Source of the DNA: Tubiluchus corallicola
Lineage: Eukaryota > Animalia > Priapulida
DNA length: 64,000 bases
Reading direction: 5' to 3'
NCBI GenBank assembly: GCA_030141605.1
Contig: JAQGDQ010000023.1
Span: 682,001 to 746,000 of the forward strand
The notes under the pieces are model-generated. The model ran no database searches. It had not been told where the DNA came from and saw nothing but the letters and a program-made list of their open reading frames with translations. Below are positions 1 to 14,200 of this stretch, piece after piece. The position numbers and the translations under genes are program-made. Within the stretch, counting starts at the first letter, position 1; every line of letters begins with the position of its first letter.

Positions 1-2399
1 CTAGCAGACTAGTCGGCCAAACATAATAATTTATTATGTGAGTACTGTTTGGCTTTGCTGTTTTAAGCTATTGTGTCGCAACTAATATATTATAAAATAT
101 TAAAAAATATAAATAGCGAATAGACAAACTTATTAATGGCTACCATCCTCAAGTCCACTAAGTTAAGGACTCGCATTCGGACTCATTTTATAACGACTTT
201 GACTGGGATTATAGTTCAAGCTCGACTACAATGAACACGAAGTGCTGTTATATTTACTGTGGTAAACTTGACATGTCAGTTAAAAAGAATAAGCGTAGTG
301 CTATATGTAAATATGTAGTTAAACAGACGCATTACAGTCTGCTTGCATTGTTTAGTTTATTTGACATCTATTAAAAATTTACAGTAAAACAAATGAAAAC
401 ATTGAATCATTTTCAATCAATAAAAATAGTCACATAGTGCAGAAGACAGTTCAAGAGACATAAGGAGATACACCGCTTAAGTGTGCCTTTAATGTGATAC
501 ACAACATTACAGAATATTCTAATTAAAATAATATTGTACAATGAAATTTGTTTACATATGCCTATTATAATATAAGTACTGGTTTAAATCCAAAACCCAT
601 TGTCATTTATATATCGGCGCTTTTCTGTTAATGATGCCTGTAATAATTAATAAGTATAAAAATAAGCATGTAAGATTTTATCCTTTTCACCAAGTTCTTT
701 TTATAATTAGTTATAATTTTACATACGTAGTTGGCGAATATACTTCAAGTAATGCTTGCAGACGCAATCAATATCAATTATCGGTCTTATAAAATATTTT
801 TAAGGGACTTCGTGATGACTTCATGCTCTCTTTAGAGAAATACAAGAGAGGTGAATGACGTAAGCCCGGCTTTTATAAAATCGTGCATTAAAATTATATC
901 TAAATTGTTCAGTGTAATGATACTATGGCAGGTACTACTTTACTTTCAAAATACAACACGATAACTGTGGCCACAAGTACAACAGTTTATTAGTTGTAAA
1001 TAGAAAATTATACCACGTTTAAGTTTTATTTAGATTTGTTTGTGTTTGCTTTTTAGTTAGAAGTGAGGCTATTCTAATCTTGTACGTGTAATCTAAGCAA
1101 TTATTGCCATAGCAATATGCATTCTATAACCGTTTTAAACAGTTAAGATTATTATATGAAAGCGCTTATACACTATGTCATGAATTTAAATATAGTTCAA
1201 AGGAAGTAAAAAGTATTTTGTTCAAATCGCAGTGCAGTGGAATTTATTGTAGTAGCTTATGGATGTAGCAGCTCCATAACTCCTGTAGGAGATATTGAGA
1301 AATTCAGATCAGAGTATAAGTATTTTTAGATATTACGAGTCTACGAAAGCGTCTTAAATACGTACACATGAGGTTCTGCACTTTAAAAGTAATAATAAGG
1401 AAGAGCTGCTATAGCTTAAGAAATTGCATATCTACAAGTAATAATGACAGTTTAGTTTGTGGCTGTATAAACTTTGATGTTTCATTTCTCTGTTTTTTAA
1501 ACTAGCGAAACATATTATGTGATTAAGTTGTAAATTTTAGGCAAGGTAAGTCAGTATTTTTAATCTGTTTCATCAATAATTTTTATGTGTATTGTAAAAT
1601 ATATGTAACATAGTATTATGTGTACTGAATTAAAATAAAAATTAAAAAATGAAATTAACAAATAAAAATTTAGCACTACTTTTGCTTTGGAGAAACCTTG
1701 ATGTAACCAGTGCATTTCACACATTACCACTTCCTGTATAGAAGCAACTTTTCTATGACATCAGTTTGTATAAAATAATTGTAAAGCATAATATATGCAT
1801 AAGAATTCCAACATAGCTATTTTTCTTTTTAACTATACAGACCTAAATTGACATTATTGTTAATACTGAATTGATAAAAATTTTTTCTGCTTCCAAGAGC
1901 CACAAAATAGTCTAAAATGCAGCAAATATCTTGGTCGATTACTCCCCGAGCAAAGGAAAAGCTGACATTGCTCTCTGGTTCCGATAGTTCTAGAGGCATC
2001 GTTTCATTTTTTTGCAAAATTGTCTCTTTTCTTTCATAATGTAAGTGTTTTTTGTTATTGCGAGTCGCCATAATTATTACTATGATATAAACAACAATAG
2101 CACTTTTCAAATGCAGTTTTACCGATTATTAGCATAATTAGCACAGCAAAATACTAATTTAGTATTGCTTTGGTACGTTTTTAGAACTGGTCTTGTACTG
2201 AACTACGGCGTGGACTATAGTTCTCAACTGATTGACTACCAAGCGAAGACAATTAGCACTAATGTAAATATAAATCACTTTCTGCAATGATTCAAGCGTG
2301 TAATAATGGTAGTTGCGGAAGCAGCATCAGTTTAGATTCTCGTAGTTGCATGCTTAGTTTACAGCCATAGAATTAGTAATTCCAGCAACACATCATTAT

Positions 2400-4246
2400 G
2401 CTGATATAATAAGAGCTGGAACACTTAATGTTCAAGGCTTCAGAACAAAATTGAAAGAAAAAAATCTTTTGAAAGATCTAGACAAATATGGGTTGACATT
2501 TTTGGCACTACAAGAAACGCATGTGAAATCAGCAGAGAATTATTCTCTAAATAACAAGCACATTTAAAGTACTTTTGCATGGAGATGTCACAAGCGCATA
2601 TCCTGGGGTGGGTTTTGTTTATTCAGTGGATTTTAATTGCACAAATACTATTATAAATTCAAGAATTATATACTAATGCGCTCAAAACTTGTACAAAAAA
2701 AACAAGCAAATCACTACGGTAAATGGTTATGCACCCATGTTAGCAAAAAGTGAAAAGGATCCCAAGTTAAGAGATGTTTTCTATGATGATTTGGATAACT
2801 TTATTAGTTCAGTACCCAAAAGTCATTTGCTAATCGTTTGTGGAGATTTCAATGCCAAGATTGGATCACTGCATAATTCATTACTACAGTATCTAGGTAA
2901 ATATGGAAAGGGAATTTCAAATTCAAATGGATTACGATTAGCGGTAACTGTTGTAGCTAAAAATCCGGTCGTCACTAACACTGTATTCCGCTCATGTCAC
3001 TACCGGGCAAACAACACAGAAAAAAAGAAGTCATGGAATGGAGAACCCAGAGGAAATCCTATAAATAATCAAACAGATGGTAAGGAAAATGCACATGCCA
3101 CTAATAAGAAATTCCAGGTCGTATGCTAGTTTAAACATAGACACCGATCACTTTTGGTTATGACCAAGATTTCAGTCAAATGGGTAAAGATACTGCAGAA
3201 AAACAAAGAACAAAATATTTACTAATATTAATAAATCTCCACCTGGTGAGATATCTGAACACACAGATTTGCAGTCATATAAAGTCAACGGTCACATAAA
3301 AAATTCGGCAGCAGAAATACTAGGGCATGTGAAATTTAGTGATAGAAAAAAATTTAAAATGATGAGATAGAAACTTTGTCTGCAAGCTTAGAAAGATAAA
3401 ATTCACCAATGTAAAAATTTAGCAGAAATTAATTATCTTAAGGAGAAACGCAAAGTTATTAATTTTTAAAACTCATTCTACCGCACTTTTTATACGGATG
3501 CACACTTTTTCATGAAGTTTCAAGAGACAGCTATAACAAACTAAATAGTCTTCAAAATTATGCATTACGATTAGTCGCTGGTTATTCAAATAAAACGTCT
3601 CTCATAACAAATCAAACCTCTGCAACAGAATTAAGAACAATGTTTAAAATCCCAGTTTTACAAGCACATAAAGACTTCTACACAATCCTGTTTTTATATA
3701 AATACATCAACAATATTAGCAAAAATTAGCCCTTCATCAAAAATAAGCTTCCACTCCTCTTGGAGCCAACATTAAATCCAAGAACACACAATATTAAACA
3801 AATACGCACTAATAACAAATACGGCAATAATTCTATCACTAAACAAGGAGTTCAACTTTGGAATACCCTGCCATCAAGTTTAAAACAAATCAAGTCTTTC
3901 GACTAATTCAAATCAAAATTAAAAATACATACATTAAATCGTTTTGAAAACCCTACATACGTAAACGATAATATATATTCATCCGCAAATTTTATTTACC
4001 CACGTCCATTTTAAATTGTATGCATATATTGTATATAACTTGCGTGTAACATTACAATGTATATTTTGTTCTAAATTTTTGTCACAGTAGTTTTTAGTTT
4101 GCACAGGATGCATTTGCCTTTAACAGTTGTGTGAATTTTATTCTCATGCTGCGATGTTCTTCTTTTATGCTTTTATAGTTATGAATATCGATTTTTTATG
4201 GCAAATAAATATTATTATATCTTTATATATATTATATAGTTATTAT

Positions 4247-4308
<62 letters not shown>

Positions 4309-5990
4309 TCTAAAACAAATTCATGAAAAGCTAAAACAAATAGAGGAAAAAAGGTGATTGGTGGTATCGCAGAAGATACTGAGCAAACAAAAATGCTTCT
4401 GGGCATTTTTAATCAATAAGGACTTTGCAGAACTTTCAACTAAAGAAAAAACTGATTGTAGAAAGAAGTGATGATTTAATTACTAATGCTAAACAGGAAA
4501 TTGAAGCCCTACAAGAATTTGTTCAAAAGATGTTGAACGATGAAAATGCAGCTGGTATTAAAAGGACCCAGTGAAAGTTCCATTTACTAAGGGAGTAAAG
4601 CACGCAGCAAAATCATTGAAAAACAACAAAGGCCCGGGCATTGATCAATTAAATGCTAAGTTGGTCAAGTATGGATCAGATTTATATTCAGAAATCGCTG
4701 ACATTCAGCACGATATTTCAGAAACACGCACATTTCCGCAAGACATTCATAAAGGAATACTTATCCCGTTACTCAAGAGAGATAAGAAAAAGGTCCTACA
4801 GGAATCTTAGACCTTTTTCTTTTTACTTACACTCATAAGGAAAAGTTTGGCTATCTGTATATTGACTAGGCTCTATGATAGGTTACACACTTACATCCAA
4901 CAAGCCAAGCAGCATATCAACCAGGACGGAACTGAATTAGTACAAGCCTGCCAATTAACAGCCGAAAAAGGCATCTCTTCTGCTGATTACTCAATATATA
5001 TCCTCATGATCGATATGTCAAAGGCCTTTGATTGTGTTCGGAGAAAAACTCTGCTTTGCTGTCTAGAAGAAATCTTTGAGACTGATGAAATAGACATCAT
5101 AAATATAATGTTGGAAAATCTATTAATTCAAGTCAGGTGTGAAGGGAGAGTTAAGTCAGCCATTTTCTACAAACAAAGAAGTACCTCAGAGTGACTGCTT
5201 AAGCCCTGTTCCTTTTACTTTACATCTTGCATTAGGTCTCACTAAGGACAAAGTTATACCATTGAAAGACCTAGAAGATCACAACTACACAATTCATGGG
5301 CCTGAATTAATAATAAATGAAGTAAGACAAGAACACAGTTACTCGTCTCCACAAAGTATGTCAACTACTATCCCTATGCAGTATGTTGATGATGTAGCAC
5401 AGATTACAAGAAACAAAGAAGAATTATACGAAATAAAAAACTAAAGAGAAGAAAAACTGAAAAGGGATGATGTAGTAAACAAAAATAAAACTGAAGAGTT
5501 TCACATAACACGTCATGGTGATGAATTGCGGAAAAAATGCAAGTATCTCTCTAGTCTCATAGCAACAGAAGGCGACATATCAAGACGCAAAATTATGCCA
5601 TTATTAGCACATTCAAAACTCACAATAGTTTTTGAGAATAAGAAGATTTCTTTGGAAACAAAAATTAGAATATTGTCAGCCTTAGTTGAAACTGTGTTGT
5701 TGTACAACTCTGAGCTCTAGACATTAAAATCATAAGCTAAAATCGATGCGTTTCAAAGGCGAAATTACAGAAACATTTTGGGTATCAGATGGCCAAAGAA
5801 AATCTCAAATAAAGATCTGTATGAAAAAATAAAAGAAGAACCTTGGACAAGAAAAAAAATAAAAAGACACTGTTTAAGATGATGGATTGGGCATATGCTT
5901 AGACTACCTGATGATAATCCAGTGAACTCGATGATAATGCACAAAATTAATCCTATTAAGTACAACACTTAAGCCATGTTGCAGCAATGG
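2400..5990 (+). mobile_element. Degenerate non-LTR retrotransposon (RTE/RTEX-like; APE endonuclease + reverse transcriptase), with many frameshifts and stops
   Basis: APE motifs GTLNVQG (~2418), LQETH, YAP and CGDFNAKIG (ORF 2689). RT motifs KGPGIDQL, IDMSKAFD, VPQSDCLSP and QYVDD across ORFs 4571-5444. RTE-type C-terminal motifs TKIRILSALVETVLLYNSE and RWIGHMLR. Boundaries are approximate. Confidence 0.85.
3462..4302 (+). mobile_element. 5'-truncated CR1/L2-type LINE 3' fragment with (TA)n tail, nested inside the RTE element
   Basis: Translates to NKLNSLQNYALRLV and GVQLWNTLPSSLKQ, typical CR1/L2-clade ORF2 C-terminus. It ends in (TA)n at ~4254-4302, after which the RTE reading (EILKQIHEKLKQIEE) resumes. 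Confidence 0.7.
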
Positions 5991-6384
5991 GTTATTTTAG
6001 AGTTAGCAAAGCTAAATATCTCGACGATAGGAAATTTAAAATGAGGACTTGACTACATCATTGTTTAATTACTGATCGAAAACTTTGTAAAGTTGTACCA
6101 CATTACGATTTTAGTTACAAGCAATTGTAAATATTGGCACAATAAAGACTACAAATGTTGTACATTTCACAATACTATTTTTTATTCTTCGTCAAATTTA
6201 AAGGCATGCTTGTAAGACGATTATGAAAAAAACAGGTAAAAATTCATCTGCAGATAGGTAGAAATACTACTTGAGAAAAGCAAAAAGAACAATTTAGCAG
6301 AAGCATGTACATTTATGACATGAAATTACTGTCACTAAAAGCTGCTATCTTGCAATAACTTGACATACCGAAATTACAATTTTA

Positions 6385-7612
6385 GACCTTTGACACATAG
6401 AGAAAGGCTTAAGGAGCAAGCCATAATCCATAATCCGTAAGTCATAAGGCATCTTCCAACTTCCATAATCCGCCGTATGTGCTGTGTAACTAGCAAAGCG
6501 TTTTGCCATAAGCCATTTTTGGCTGGATGTGTGAATCAGTAATTTATCACCCTAATTTATTAGTTTACCTGATTCAAAATCCTCTGGATTCGGTTGCTTT
6601 TTTTACATAATACGACATATTAAAAAATTAAGCAGAAACAAACAATGTGGGCTAGACCCATTTAATGCAACAGACAATGTGAAGGTAGATCGTATTTCAT
6701 AATATTGCAAAAAAACAAGAGATAATGAAAAACATTCAACCACAGCAGAATGTTCCTCTACTTATTTTACGAGCTTTTGGCACTGGCAGAAGGATCACAT
6801 AGCACCAGGTTGGACAAGTAATAGTGGAAGAAAAACTGTTAATTTAGTTAAACAAATTATTTCATTTTCAATGAAAAAGATGACTGGGCTAATTCACTGC
6901 ATAAGACTTGAACAAAGCCATCCAGTACCCTAATAAAATTTGTTACGATATCCATTAGTACCTTATTATAGTTGACTGAAACCAAACACAGAACAGTACA
7001 GAATGGCTGGGTTGCCAAATATTTGTATTATATGCAAATTTTATTCATGTATGTTTAAGTAATTTTGCTCATTACAGAATACAGGTTTCCTTAAAAAATG
7101 TTTCATTATACAAATTACGATAATCGGCGCCTATCTAATTGATTTTTTAGTACAATGTCACATTTAAAAAATTGGTTTTTATTGTTTATAAGATCATTCT
7201 GTCAAGAATGAATCATCTGTTACAATATAACTGCATTATGCACAGTAAAAACCAGAAGTATGCTCATTATCATGTTAGCACTAACCAAAAATGCCTTATA
7301 GCAAATGAAATTAATGGCAAAATTCATTTTGCTACAAGGTGGCTTATGATCTGCTCAAAACGGCTTGCAAGGGCCATACCGCAGATTATGTCAAATGCAA
7401 AACGGTAGCAAAACTGTGGTACCCTAAAGACGAGAAATGGGATTACCTGCGTTACAAGGACCATTGGTTTTCATATGTTCATTTTTCATGAGGCAGACTT
7501 ACCTGTGTGAAAGGGACCATTGGTTTTCACATGTTCATTTTTCATGAGGCAGACTTTTTCTCCTCATGGCTTATGCCTTACGGATTATTTTCAGCTCTGT
7601 TTGACACAAGCC
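6385..7612 (+). mobile_element. Non-autonomous/degenerate PIF-Harbinger DNA transposon
   Basis: TTA flanks both ends (6382-6384, 7613-7615). Imperfect terminal inverted repeats, plus subterminal inverted repeat ATAATCCGTAAGTCATAAGGCAT (~6430) vs ATGGCTTATGCCTTACGGATTAT (~7566). Decayed Harbinger-transposase-like N-terminus (MWARPI...) at ~6640-6800. Internal 56-bp tandem duplication at 7443-7555. Confidence 0.6.
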
Positions 7613-8294
7613 TTATAGAGACACTCTCCTTACTAAAGCCTGCTATCCTGCAATAACTGGACTTACAGAAATTACCATTTTTTAGTGGCACTCTCCTCTT
7701 AGAATTACTTTTCTTGATGTAATATTCAGCTTTTCCAGTCTTTGTATGCATTATGTACACCATTAAATTAATAAAATAACTTAGTAATAAAGTAACACAA
7801 AAATTAGTACAGTTCAACATCAAGACTACACAGAACACCACAGTACTTATCTGGCAACGAGCAAGTAATATCCTTCCAAAGGACAAGCAACAGGCTTTTT
7901 GAACTGTTTTTGCTTTAGTTTGCATATAAAGTTTCACATCTGTTGAAAGAAAAAAATCGTAGCACAATGGTACTAGAAGCAAACCGTTAATAATTGCAAG
8001 CCATCAAACAACAAGCAATAATTATACTTTCCATCACCACCAAGAACACATTATTTATTAATATTGCCAAAAAAAGATACAATTAATACCATTACAATAT
8101 CACCATGTTTACAAATTCACCATTTAGCTGAAAAGCGACCGCAGTTTATAAACAAATACTTCTGTTCATTCATGCTCTGCTCTAGCTACCCGTTACCAGC
8201 ACAAATACAACAAACTTCCATTTTCAGAACCTCAACAATATCTTCAACATTTGAAAAAACCATTGTCCTTATACGAAACTTTTCCCCTGGATGA

Positions 8295-11200
8295 CTACTT
8301 GTTGAGAACCTTGAGTCGGGAATCAACACTTTCACAATTTGCCCTGATTGCTGCTAGATTTTGTGTAAATGTAGCTTCAGCTTGCTTCAGTAGAGATTCA
8401 TTGGTTTTCATACTGCTGATCAACTGCTGTTGAGCCTGAAATGTGTTCATCAATTAATTTTTGGCAAGGCAAGTGAAATAATAATGGCTATTGTGTTACT
8501 GGCAACACACATGCAAAATTACGCTATTCCATGAAAATATTTTCTCTTTTTCTTACATAAATCACTAAAGTTAAGTTTAAAGTGGAAAATGGAACTCAAA
8601 ATGATCATTTTAATCTTCAATGTCTTTAAGTTTATTTCATTTTATTGTAAAATTACTTGGATATTCCAAATAAAAATTTATATTTTTACATGTTCAATTT
8701 TCACAGATTCTAAATTATGTTAATGTGAAATGTCACAAAATAATTTAGTTACAGAGGCTTAAAATACAACTCAATGGATATACCAGAAAAATAGCTACAC
8801 TGTTTGGTATAATTAGTCTATGTGGAAAAACAGTCTCACACAGACTAATTTTAAAGTGCACCTTTTGTCTCTTTTTCCAGTATTTAATTAGTCTGTGTTT
8901 CGAAAATAATCTGTGTTGACTGCGTAGAACAGGCTTTGAACACATGAAACAAAGGATTATGCAATGTGCATTCTGGCATCTAACCCTTTGGTTTAAACAT
9001 AATTTATTGAAGGTGTAACATCTAGATTTGACGCAGACAGTTTTACAACTGATATATGTTCTCCCCTAGTGGGAGCAAAAAGCTAGATAGATGCAGAACA
9101 ATGGTGACCACAATGTACAAAAAATGTTACAATAAATATAAGCATTAATATGTAACAAGAGTAAAAAACTTAATACTATTTAAAGTGCTTGGTGTTTGAA
9201 ATAAAAGACTGCACTAAAACAAAAATTTGTGTTCACAGAATTATCGAGGGTATAGTTCCTGTGCAGGAACAAACGTATAAGTTCATTTGATGCAAGACTG
9301 TAAACATTGATGTTAAAAGTTGACAAAAGAGTGCAGAGATTTGTAAATAAGTCGTGTCTCGCCTGATGGTAAAGAGGGCAGCTAATTAAGTAATGAACGA
9401 CTGTTTCATAAGTAGAACCACATTGACAGTTGGGTGAAACTAGCGACCCATCAAAATTTTTGCATTTTTTGAAGTATAAATCATAATTAAATTGGCAAAA
9501 ACCAACTCTCATTCTAGTATGGTGTAGAGATGAATTTCTAGTACCACTAGAAAAGTAAGTAGGCCGCTTATTAAAACACATGTGATTCTTGATTCGAGTC
9601 GAGATTTAAAGATGTTTAAAGAGTTAGAGTTACAGATATCAAGAGGTAAACTATTCCAGCACTTAACTGAGGCAAGAAAAAAAGAAATATCAAAAGCAGT
9701 TGAGTGGCAAGTGTAATTAGAAAAGTTTTCATTATTAAGGACTGGATACATTGTAATATCCCTTACACGAGGAGGCAAAAGGTAGTGGGAAGCTAAGTGA
9801 TTCACGATTTTATAAAAGGCACATAAACGGAAATATTGGAAACGCTTAGAAAAGGGGTCCAGTCCTGCTTCGAACGAAAGATCTGAATGATTGGAACCTG
9901 ACACAGCACCGGTACATATGCGCGCAGCATTCAGCTGAATATTATCAAACAGAGATTCAACATTACGACCGAGTCCAGACCATACGATATTACCGCATTC
10001 CAAAGTGGGTAAAATAACAGTTTTGAACAAGAATTCACAAGTTGAAAGCAGCAGTATAATGGCTAGACCTCGCAAGTTTCCTAGTTTTGGCTGAACTGTT
10101 GCGATGATCTCGTTTACATGTTGTTCCCATTTTAGATCACATGTAAAATATATCCCCAGGTGCTTATCAGAATTAACATGTTTTAAAGCTATATTATTGA
10201 GATAAAGTGGCATATGATGACGTTGCTGGATTTTACGAGAGAAGCGCATTACTTCGGTTTTCTGTGGAATAAAGGTAACACACCATCTATCAGCCCAGTG
10301 CTGCAAGGTCTCTAGGTCGGAACTTAGATGCAATGCGGAATCTACTGGGTCTGCGACTGCATCCATTATGGAAGTATTCTCAGCAAAAAGACTTATGTCA
10401 CACTGTATATTATGAGCAATGTCATTTATATAAACAAGAAACAAAAGAGGCCCCAAAATCGAGCCCTGAAAACCCTTTATGTGCAGTTAATGCTCAGCAA
10501 GACGAATACAGCATAATTTTTGGCAATGATATGCACTGGCCTGGCTGGTGTTGCAGGAAATCATAGCAAATTACCAAAAAGAGTTCAAATGAAATGCTTT
10601 GATTACATTAATTCTACTAGAATAGTCTGGTGCTATTGCCAACTATGAGTCCAGTCAGAATTGTGAGTGACTGTGGCAAGCTGCTTCCATTCATGGATGC
10701 AACATACAAATACAGACATTGCACCCCTGTGCATGTATTGTCCTAATGTTGGTTAATAAAGATTTTACCTATCTTTCTATAAACTGGTTGATAAAGAAAC
10801 TTCTAGACTCTAGTTCCGAAATTTGGGAATTTCTTATTGTAATATTGGAATGAAAAAATTCTATGAAATTAGTCTGTGTGGTAAATTAGTCTAATACAGA
10901 CTATTTACACTAAACAGTGTATTATTTTCTTTTCTTAATTGGTAGTATCAGTGAGGAAACATTAATGTAACATTGAGAAAATTAATAAGACAAGTCATAT
11001 CTTACCCTTAAAAAAGAAATTACCCAAATACTTTAATGTTGAATGAATTCAGTCAGCAGAAATAAAAATTTGTAAAAAATGATAGTTTTACACCTGCAGG
11101 CAAGACTACTAAATTATAGTTGCCAGCTAAAACTGTACAAAAGTAAGCTAATTAGTAAAAAGTTAACAGCAGCAAATGAGCTAAGAGATGCTGGTTGCTC

Positions 11201-14200
11201 ACAAACTTATAACAAGTGTTTATGTGTGCAATGTAAACAGTTTATGTGTGCACTGTGGTTAACAAAAGTCGTATAACAAGTACTGCTTAAGGAAGAAACT
11301 TACAGTATCTAAATATGAAAGTGCTTGACTGAACTGTAATGCCTGTTCATGAAGTTCCTTCAAAGCAACCATTCTTTCAACAATCTCAGGAAGACTAGCT
11401 GTTGTGTGTTCCCACTTCTTCATTAATTCATACAACTCTGACACCTTGAGACAAATAATGAACAAGGAGTTTTCACTTAAAAAATATTACTCTAAAATAT
11501 TTTCTACAATTTCTTTAAGCAAACTGTAAAACTAACAATGCAGCAATGCGAAACATAAATAAATAAACATAAATAACGAAACAGTTACCACTATAAAATA
11601 AAAATTTCAAATTTAATAAAGAAAAACATGAGTGTGGCTTGTAGTGAACGCAAATTATAGACTAAATTTCCAAAAAAGAGTGAAAAACAACATGGAGGTG
11701 GCTATAAATCAGAATGCCAAAAAAAACCAGAAAACTAAGAACCATTCGGATTTGTTAAAATTTCTAGTTAATGTCTAGTAGTTACTGAGGCACACAGTAA
11801 CTTAGACATAATGTCATTTTTATTGTCAATTTTTACACAGAATCGCACAATATAACATTTAAAAAAATTACTATTATTAAATGATGATGTTTCGAGAACT
11901 CAACAGTTCCCATCATAAGACCTGCAACAAAAAATCAGTTTGTGTAAAAATAGTTGATTCTTTGGTGTAAAGAATTTCATAGTGAACCAATGATTAATAT
12001 TTGAGCATATGTGTGTAACTATTAAGAATTACATTTTATTTTGAATATACTCTACATAAGTAATTCATAAAAAAATGAATGTACGCTTATACCTTATTTA
12101 GAGAATCAGCTTCTTGTATTACACTCTTCTTCTCTGCTATCTGATTAAGCTTTTGGTTTAGTGCATGTAAACGACCTTCAATGTGATCTAGCTGTGCAGG
12201 ATCTAGAAGACTAAGCTTGGCATTCAATAATGCAGCAACTTCTACTAAACTCTTGCCACTAGTATCCTATAAAATAATACACTTGAAAAAATCTAATATT
12301 CAATACAACTTATGTTATTAAATTATTTCACACGAAAAACAGTGTAATAATTTCTACAAATATTCAAAAAATGTCGTTCATTTAAAAAAGAAAATTTATA
12401 AAAAAATATAACAAAATCATTGCATAACATTCTGAATATAAACCCAACAGACATTGAAGTTTTTAACACATTATTATGATTACACAAATAATTTATAGTC
12501 ATTATTAAACAAAAGACACTTATAAATTAAATAACTTACCTTTTTCTGGCGAATTTCGAACATGCAATTCCGTAAAGATCATTATGTTTTGCGTCTTTGG
12601 CGCGAGTAAGCGAGAATGGGAGAGGTACAGAAAGCGTCTTTGGTTACGGATGTTTGCCTACCAATCTTTGGTGGCCTTGTGACTATATTCAATATGTACA
12701 GTCGCGCAACGAGAAATGGCAGCTCTTCAAATTTAGCAGCAAAGTGATAAAAATCAAAAGAAACGTGTTTTACAGTAAGTTTATAATAAAATAAATTGAA
12801 TTATCTTAATGAGAGTAATATTTGAAGTTATAAAAGCTTATTATATAGTGAGGGTTTAGTTTTAACTGAAAAATTTGAACTACTCTCCCTGGAACGTTAC
12901 CTCCCACCAAAATGTACACCTGCAATTAGTACAAATAATAATACCGTGCAAACACCAGCAAATTTCTCTGGATCACTGCCAACAACTGCTGACACTCTGT
13001 CCAGTCGTTCTTCTACATCAGCTAGTTTTGCCATCTGACTAAACTTTGCCTGCTCTGGTTTGTAGCACAGCTCATATGTCAAATGATCACTGGAAGCTGG
13101 TGCTGATTTAGCTGATTTTTCACTAGAAGACACGGAATGATTGAAAGCTTCGATCTGGGTAAGCAAACGTCGCTGTAGAGCTCCTTGTGGGTCGGAACTG
13201 TCAATAACAGCTTGTGTTCCAATGATGTTTTCCAAGTGTACATCACTCACCTGCTGTCTCAGGTACTCAACCTAGAAAAGTCAGCACTATATATATTTAT
13301 GCAAAACCACCACTTCTGGCCTCCATTTGATGAAGTATTGCATTGCCTGGTCCATACAGTTACAAGGTATGTTTATAATATATGATTAGGTCCAGTAGCC
13401 ATTTTATTACGGTTACATTTTTATTACCAATTGCATAACATATCATTATATATTTTTTGCTTTATTTAACTGATAATATTTCTTAAATGAAATACTTGCG
13501 TATGTGCACAAAGTATGCTCGTAATACTGATTAACTTTGCTTGACGTCACCTCTTTATACATTTGTGTAAATTAAAAGAAGTTTGTAATAATAGTAAAGA
13601 TCAACTTACGCCTGCAAATGAGTTAAAATAATTGAAACATGCCTAACTAAAGCATTTCGCTATTAGTGTTTTCAATACCTGCTTGGCCATGAGGATTGGA
13701 TTTGAGTTGTCACCAGATGCATCACCTTTTATGGAACCTTGAACTTTTCCCACTTCTTCTATTAGTTCTCTGATCTCATGCTGAAGGCGCTGATATTTCT
13801 GATGTGGAGTTTCCTTCTCATGATGCTCCTGTAAAACAAAGGAGCATGTTGATAGCTACTGGAAAATAGGAATAAAGGCTTCAGAGGGTCAGCAAAAACA
13901 GTATGATTTCAAAGGACTGTGCGGCGTGATTAAATCATGTAAGATTATTCTAAGAAATGCAACAATTATTCGTGATTACGGTGTATGCAAATACAGTACA
14001 TGTATTCATTTATTTTTTCATATTACATGCAATAAGCAGTGTCTGATGTTAAGTAAATAAAAATTCTTTCAATCTTGAAATCTCGTGGTAATTAGACAGT
14101 GTGATATTCATAACCATTTCACTTGAATGGCCTAGGAAGAAAAATTTGTAAAAATTGCAAACTATTTGTGATTTGTTATTTGTCAATGTTTTGCACTATA

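Noticed and set aside
1103-1116. X-box-like palindrome ATTGCCATAGCAAT
   Set aside because: No associated gene or promoter context is visible.
1829-2110. 93-aa minus-strand ORF
   Set aside because: No recognisable motif or partner exons; it sits next to the 5' end of the RTE element.
4127-4406. YIYIYI ORFs (also at 30354) and poly-I/poly-N ORFs at 23455-23758
   Set aside because: They are translations of (TA)n and (ATT)n microsatellites.
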